64,000 bases of DNA, from contig JAQTZL010000003.1 in NCBI GenBank assembly GCA_028687755.1, forward strand, positions 61,804 through 125,803, in the 5' to 3' direction. This DNA comes from Candidatus Nanopelagicales bacterium. GTDB taxonomy: Bacteria; Actinomycetota; Actinomycetes; S36-B12. Positions 59,273 to 64,000 of the stretch are shown here, one piece after another. The position numbers were made by a program, and so were the translations under genes. The notes under the pieces are model-generated. The model had not been told where the DNA came from, searched no databases, and saw only the letters and a list, made by a program, of their open reading frames with translations. Positions within the stretch are counted from its first letter, which is position 1, and each line of letters starts with the position of its first letter.

Positions 59273-60577
59273 ATGACTCTTACCCCCGTAATTACCGAGC
59301 ACTGGGATCAACCAGATCTCTACACGCTGGATGGATACAAGCGCGTTGGTGGATATGTCGCTCTTGAAAAGGCGTTGAAGCAAGATCCTGACGCAATTAT
59401 CAGCACTGTTAAGGATTCTGGCCTGCGTGGCCGCGGTGGCGCAGGTTTCCCTACGGGAATGAAGTGGAGCTTCGTTCCACAAAATGATGGCAAGCCTCAC
59501 TACCTCGTGGTGAACGCTGACGAGTCAGAGCCTGGTGCCTGCAAAGACATTCCCATCATGATGGCCAACCCGCACGCGTTGATCGAAGGCGTGATCATTA
59601 CGTCGTTTGCGATTCGCGCAAACCACGCCTTCATCTACATTCGCGGTGAGGTACCAAACGCTCTTCGTAAGGTGGCAAGTGCAGTTGCGGAAGCGCGACG
59701 TGCCGGGCTTGTGGGCAAGAACATCTTGGGTTCAGGATTTGACCTTGAAATCGTTGTGCATTCAGGTGCAGGTGCATATATCTGCGGTGAGGAAACTGCG
59801 CTCCTTGATTCACTCGAGGGTTTCCGCGGTCAACCGCGTTTGAAGCCACCGTTTCCTGCTGTCGCAGGTTTGTATGCATCACCAACAGTGATCAACAACG
59901 TTGAAACCATCTGCAATATCCCGTACATCATTGATCGCGGTGTTGATTGGTTCCGTTCATTTGGTACGGAGAAGTCACCGGGCTTCAAGGTGTGGGCAGT
60001 TTCCGGGCACGTGAACAACCCGGGCATCTTCGAAGCACCACTGGGCATCACGATGCGTCAGCTCTTGGAATATGCCGGCGGTGTCCGTGGTGGCGGAAAG
60101 GTGAAGTTCTGGCTTCCAGGCGGTTCATCGGTGCCTTTGCTTACTGAAGAACATCTTGATCTACCGATGACCTACGAAGAGATGGCTGCTGCCGGAACCA
60201 TGCTTGGCACCGGAACACCAATGATCTTCGACGAAACGGTCAGCGTCGTAAAGGCAGTTACTCGATGGCTTGAGTTCTATAAGCATGAGTCCTGCGGAAA
60301 GTGCACACCGTGCCGTGAAGGCACGTACTGGATCACCGGCATGCTGGAAAACTTCGAGCACGGTCACGCCAAGGAATCAGATCTCGAACTGCTGGTCAGT
60401 GCGTGTAACCAGATTTCTGGCCGTTCGTTCTGTGCGTTGGGTGATGCGGCAGCGACGCCGTTCCCAGCTGCACTCAAGTACTTCCGTGACGAATTTGTCG
60501 CGGCAACCAATTCACCGGTCGATGATGCATTCGATCCGGTGGCTTCCTACATCTACGCGGGAGCTGCAACCCGATGA
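59273..60577 (+). CDS. nuoF: NADH-quinone oxidoreductase subunit F
   Basis: FMN/NADH site GLRGRGGAGFPTG, CGEETALL and the N3 cluster ESCGKCTPCREG. Confidence 0.96.
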   Translation: MTLTPVITEHWDQPDLYTLDGYKRVGGYVALEKALKQDPDAIISTVKDSGLRGRGGAGFPTGMKWSFVPQNDGKPHYLVVNADESEPGACKDIPIMMANPHALIEGVIITSFAIRANHAFIYIRGEVPNALRKVASAVAEARRAGLVGKNILGSGFDLEIVVHSGAGAYICGEETALLDSLEGFRGQPRLKPPFPAVAGLYASPTVINNVETICNIPYIIDRGVDWFRSFGTEKSPGFKVWAVSGHVNNPGIFEAPLGITMRQLLEYAGGVRGGGKVKFWLPGGSSVPLLTEEHLDLPMTYEEMAAAGTMLGTGTPMIFDETVSVVKAVTRWLEFYKHESCGKCTPCREGTYWITGMLENFEHGHAKESDLELLVSACNQISGRSFCALGDAAATPFPAALKYFRDEFVAATNSPVDDAFDPVASYIYAGAATR

Positions 60578-62940
60578 GCGAAAACCTCACCACTGAAGTG
60601 GTGCCAATGGTCAATGTGAACATTGATGGCGTTGCCATTGCTGTCCCCAAGGGCACCTTGGCAATCCGCGCCGCCGAAATGATCGGCGTGGAGATCCCAC
60701 GTTTTTGTGACCACCCATTGCTCGAGCCGGTTGCTGCTTGTCGCGCTTGCTTGATCGAAGTTGAAGGCATGCCAAAGCCGCAGCCTGCATGTGCGCAGGT
60801 TGTGAACGATGGCATGACCATTCGTACGCAGCAGTCATCCGAGGTCGCTAAGGAAGCACAAGAAGGCGTGATGGAGTTCCTGCTCATCAATCACCCACTT
60901 GATTGCCCTGTATGCGACAAGGGCGGCGAATGCCCACTTCAAAACCAAGCGATGTCTGTTGGTCGACCAGAATCACGCTTTGAAGGTGAAAAGCGCACGT
61001 TCGAAAAGCCAATTAACGTCAGCGCTCAGATTCTTCTCGATCGCGAGCGTTGTGTTTCCTGCGCACGTTGCACGCGCTTTGCAGATCAGATCGCTGGCGA
61101 TCCAATGATCGAACTTCTTGAGCGCGGCGCAAGCCAGCAAGTCGGCACTGCGGACGATCAGCCCTTTGATTCCTACTTCTCAGGCAACACGGTACAAATT
61201 TGCCCAGTGGGTGCACTGACCAGTGCGGCGTACCGCTTCCGTTCCCGCCCATTCGATTTGGTTTCAGTACCAACAACCTGTGAGCACTGTGCATCAGGTT
61301 GTTCACTGCGCACGGACTACCGTCGTGGTGAAATTACGCGGCGTTTGGCGTGGGAAAACCCTGAAGTCAACGAAGATTGGAACTGCGACAAGGGTCGTTT
61401 CGCATTCCCATACCTCACTGAAGGTCGCATCAGCACACCGTTGGTGCGCGAAAACGGTGAACTTCGCCCAGCATCATGGCCAGAAGCCATTGACGTTGCA
61501 GCTCGCGGGCTGACACAAGCTGGCGCATCAACTGGTGTGCTCACCGGTGGTCGCCTGACTCAAGAAGATGCATACGCATACGCAAAGTTTGCTCGCGCAA
61601 TTCTTGGCACCGACAACATTGACTTCCGCGCACGTGCGACCTCAGCTGAAGAAACACAGTTGCTTCGTTCAACAATCGCGGGAACTCCAATCAAGGTTAC
61701 TTATGACGCCCTTGAGTCGGCACCGTTTGTGCTGTTGGTTTCATTTGAACCTGAAGATGAGTCACCAATGGTCTTCTTGCGCTTGCGTAAGGCACACACC
61801 AAAGTGGCAAGTATTGGTGCAGTTGCAACTCGCGGCTTGAACAAAATGGGTGGCACTTTGATCACCGCTGCGCCTGGCGATGAAGCAGCAGCGCTTAACA
61901 ATCTTTCCGCAGATCTCAAGCAGGCACTTACTCAACCTGGTGCTGTAATTCTGGTGGGCGAACGCATTGCAGCGAGCGAAGGTGCTGCATCTGCAGTTGC
62001 CAAGTTGGCGAGCGATACAGGTGCAGCCCTTGCTTGGGTTCCACGCCGAGCAGGGGAGCGCGGTGCACTTGATGCAGGTGCACTTGCAGGTTTGCTTCCA
62101 GGTGGCCGTCCACTCACAGATGCGTCAGCTCGCGCAGAAGTTTCTGCAGTGTGGGGTATTGATGCAGATGCACTGCCAAGTTCAGTTGGTCTTTCTGGTG
62201 ACAGCATTCTGAACGCAGCTAGCCGCGAAACACTCTGGGCACTTGTTGTTGGTGGCGTTGATGCTGTGGATCTTCCTGAACCAGAAGTTACCGCCGCCGC
62301 TGTGCGCCGTGCTGGCTTCGTAGTTTCCCTTGATCATCACCACTCAGAGTTCACCCAATCTGCAGACGTCGTATTGCCGATTGCCTTGGTCACCGAGAAG
62401 GCTGGAACGTTTGTGGATTGGGAAGGCCGTCCACGTCCGTTTGGGCAGGTCTTTAAGGATGCTCTCGCAATGACTGATGCAACGGTGCTGGGAATGATCG
62501 CAAATGCGATCGGCAAACAAGCTGGTGCTTGGGATGTTGCCGGTATTCGTCGTGAAATTGCAGGCCTAGGTCACTGGAATGGGGCTCGTGAAGACGCACC
62601 TGCACTCCAGGGCAGTGCCAAGGATGTTGATGGATTCCGTTTGGCTTCATGGCGCGAATTGCTCGACGCAGGCGTGATGCAAGAAGGCGAACCATTCTTA
62701 GCGGCTACAGCTCGTGAAGTTGTCGCATTGGTATCCGCGAACTCGAGTGCCCAACTTGGTTCACCCGCAACGGTTACTGTTGCAGGTCCGTCAGGCTCCG
62801 TTGTGTTGCCACTTGTTATTGGCGATGTCATCGACAACGTGATCTTCGTGCCGATGAACTCAACCGATTGCTCCATTTACCGTGATCTTGGTGCTCGCAT
62901 CGGATCTTCGGTTGCCGTAACTGCAGGAGGTGTCGCATGA
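60574..62940 (+). CDS. nuoG: NADH-quinone oxidoreductase subunit G
   Basis: N-terminal 2Fe-2S/4Fe-4S Cys clusters ([32 protein letters not shown]) and a molybdopterin-like C-terminal domain. ATGA overlap with nuoF. Confidence 0.95.
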   Translation: MSENLTTEVVPMVNVNIDGVAIAVPKGTLAIRAAEMIGVEIPRFCDHPLLEPVAACRACLIEVEGMPKPQPACAQVVNDGMTIRTQQSSEVAKEAQEGVMEFLLINHPLDCPVCDKGGECPLQNQAMSVGRPESRFEGEKRTFEKPINVSAQILLDRERCVSCARCTRFADQIAGDPMIELLERGASQQVGTADDQPFDSYFSGNTVQICPVGALTSAAYRFRSRPFDLVSVPTTCEHCASGCSLRTDYRRGEITRRLAWENPEVNEDWNCDKGRFAFPYLTEGRISTPLVRENGELRPASWPEAIDVAARGLTQAGASTGVLTGGRLTQEDAYAYAKFARAILGTDNIDFRARATSAEETQLLRSTIAGTPIKVTYDALESAPFVLLVSFEPEDESPMVFLRLRKAHTKVASIGAVATRGLNKMGGTLITAAPGDEAAALNNLSADLKQALTQPGAVILVGERIAASEGAASAVAKLASDTGAALAWVPRRAGERGALDAGALAGLLPGGRPLTDASARAEVSAVWGIDADALPSSVGLSGDSILNAASRETLWALVVGGVDAVDLPEPEVTAAAVRRAGFVVSLDHHHSEFTQSADVVLPIALVTEKAGTFVDWEGRPRPFGQVFKDALAMTDATVLGMIANAIGKQAGAWDVAGIRREIAGLGHWNGAREDAPALQGSAKDVDGFRLASWRELLDAGVMQEGEPFLAATAREVVALVSANSSAQLGSPATVTVAGPSGSVVLPLVIGDVIDNVIFVPMNSTDCSIYRDLGARIGSSVAVTAGGVA

Positions 62941-64000
62941 CCGAAGGCCAGTGGGGATGGTTTGGTGTAGATCCTTGGTGGATCGTCATCGTCAAAGTAC
63001 TTGGCATCTTCGTACTCTTGGTGTTGCTCACGCTCTTTACTATTTGGTGGGAACGCCGCGTTGTATCGCGCATGCAACACCGCATCGGACCAAACCGGGT
63101 TGGCCCATTTGGTTTATTGCAATCCTTAATGGATGGCGTGAAGCTTGCACTCAAGGAAGAAATCGTTCCTAAGGGTGTTCACCTTGCCGTGTATTGGATC
63201 GCTCCAATCATTTCGGCGACAATGGCGTTCGTTGCATTTGCAGTGATTCCCTTCGGTCCGCTTGTGAATATGTTCGGTGTTGAGACTCCACTGCAGCTCA
63301 CGGACTTCCCAGTTTCAGTTCTCTACGTGCTCGCAATTGCTTCGATTGGTATCTACGGCATTGTGCTTGCGGGTTGGGCCTCCGGTTCGATCTATCCGTT
63401 GCTTGGTGGATTGCGATCAAGTGCACAGATGATCTCTTATGAAATTGCGATGGGTCTGTCTTTCGTGGCGGTGTTCCTGTACGCAGGATCAATGTCGACT
63501 TCAGAGATCGTTGCTTCACAGGAGCCGATCTGGTTCGCCGTAATTTTGTTGCCATCGTTCTTGATCTACGTCACGGCCATGGTGGGCGAAACCAACCGTG
63601 CACCATTTGACCTTCCAGAAGCAGAAGGCGAACTCGTTGGTGGTTTCCACACGGAATACTCCTCCATGAAGTTCGCACTCTTCTTCTTGGCCGAATACAT
63701 CAACATGGTGACCGTTTCCGCATTGGCAACCACACTCTTCCTTGGCGGCTGGCGTGCACCTTGGCCAATTTCACTTTGGGAAGCATCGAACACTGGTTAC
63801 TGGCCAATTCTTTGGTGGCTACTCAAGGTTCAAATCTTTATCTTTGTCTTCATCTGGCTACGCGGCACGCTGCCTCGTTTGCGTTACGACCAGTTCATGA
63901 AGTTCGGCTGGAAGGTGCTTATTCCAGTATCGATCGCTTGGATCCTGATTGTCGCAACCGCACGCGTAGTGCGAAACGACATCACGATGAGTAACACACA
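62937..64000 (+). CDS. nuoH: NADH-quinone oxidoreductase subunit H, 5' portion (continues beyond the window)
   Basis: It is not in the ORF track because there is no stop in the window. ATGA overlap with the nuoG stop. My translation gives [10 protein letters not shown]...[34 protein letters not shown]...[30 protein letters not shown]...[12 protein letters not shown], the classic NuoH signatures. Confidence 0.93.
   Translation, partial: MTEGQWGWFGVDPWWIVIVKVLGIFVLLVLLTLFTIWWERRVVSRMQHRIGPNRVGPFGLLQSLMDGVKLALKEEIVPKGVHLAVYWIAPIISATMAFVAFAVIPFGPLVNMFGVETPLQLTDFPVSVLYVLAIASIGIYGIVLAGWASGSIYPLLGGLRSSAQMISYEIAMGLSFVAVFLYAGSMSTSEIVASQEPIWFAVILLPSFLIYVTAMVGETNRAPFDLPEAEGELVGGFHTEYSSMKFALFFLAEYINMVTVSALATTLFLGGWRAPWPISLWEASNTGYWPILWWLLKVQIFIFVFIWLRGTLPRLRYDQFMKFGWKVLIPVSIAWILIVATARVVRNDITMSNT

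Noticed and set aside
1-64000. Search for CRISPR arrays, IS elements/transposases, integrases, prophage or defence islands, tRNA and rRNA genes
   Set aside because: I saw no repeat-spacer periodicity, no recombinase or transposase-like translations in any listed ORF, and no intergenic region long enough for an rRNA. None of the few gaps of roughly 100 nt or more shows tRNA cloverleaf features. The window reads as conserved core genome.

Overview
This is a very gene-dense 64-kb core-chromosome segment from a moderate-GC actinobacterium. I call about 64 CDS, and many are joined by 1-4 nt start/stop overlaps. Gene content and order parallel several Mycobacterium/Streptomyces neighbourhoods: ftsH-fol-pan-coaX-lysS-clpC, mutY-radA, ppx-proC-rex-hem-ccs, men and nuo. 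From left to right the window holds the pstB 3' end and two PstS-like binding proteins, then ppa, dacB, tilS, hpt, ftsH and folE-P-B-K. Next come a minus-strand two-gene insert, a DUF2520 gene, panC-nadB-nadC-coaX, lysS, ppc, clpC, mutY and radA. These are followed by ppx, a P2-type ATPase, proC, a deacetylase, a small Xis-type HTH and an unlisted 32-aa bS22 ORF. The right half holds rex fused directly to a cobA/hemD gene, System II cytochrome c maturation (resA-ccdA-resB-ccsB), all of menA/E/B/C/D/F/G, and nuoA to nuoH (truncated at the window end). I saw no rRNA, tRNA, CRISPR array, transposase/integrase or prophage signal. The most unusual item is the two-gene operon at 11306-13329. It encodes a full-length paralogue of complex I subunit NuoD/NDUFS2, GTGA-coupled to a MidA/NDUFAF7-family methyltransferase, 44 kb from the real nuo operon. 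In mitochondria that methyltransferase family dimethylates an Arg of NDUFS2. Here the paralogue keeps that Arg but has lost both quinone-ligand residues, while the canonical NuoD shows the reverse pattern. Other observations include Rex operators in front of nuoA and rex, a ClgR-type box upstream of clpC, and loss of hemA/C/B/L, disA, panD and lsr2 from their usual syntenic slots. There is also an anti-SD/SD hairpin in front of a Cys-rich protein gene. All calls rest on reading the translations and DNA by eye; no database search was run.
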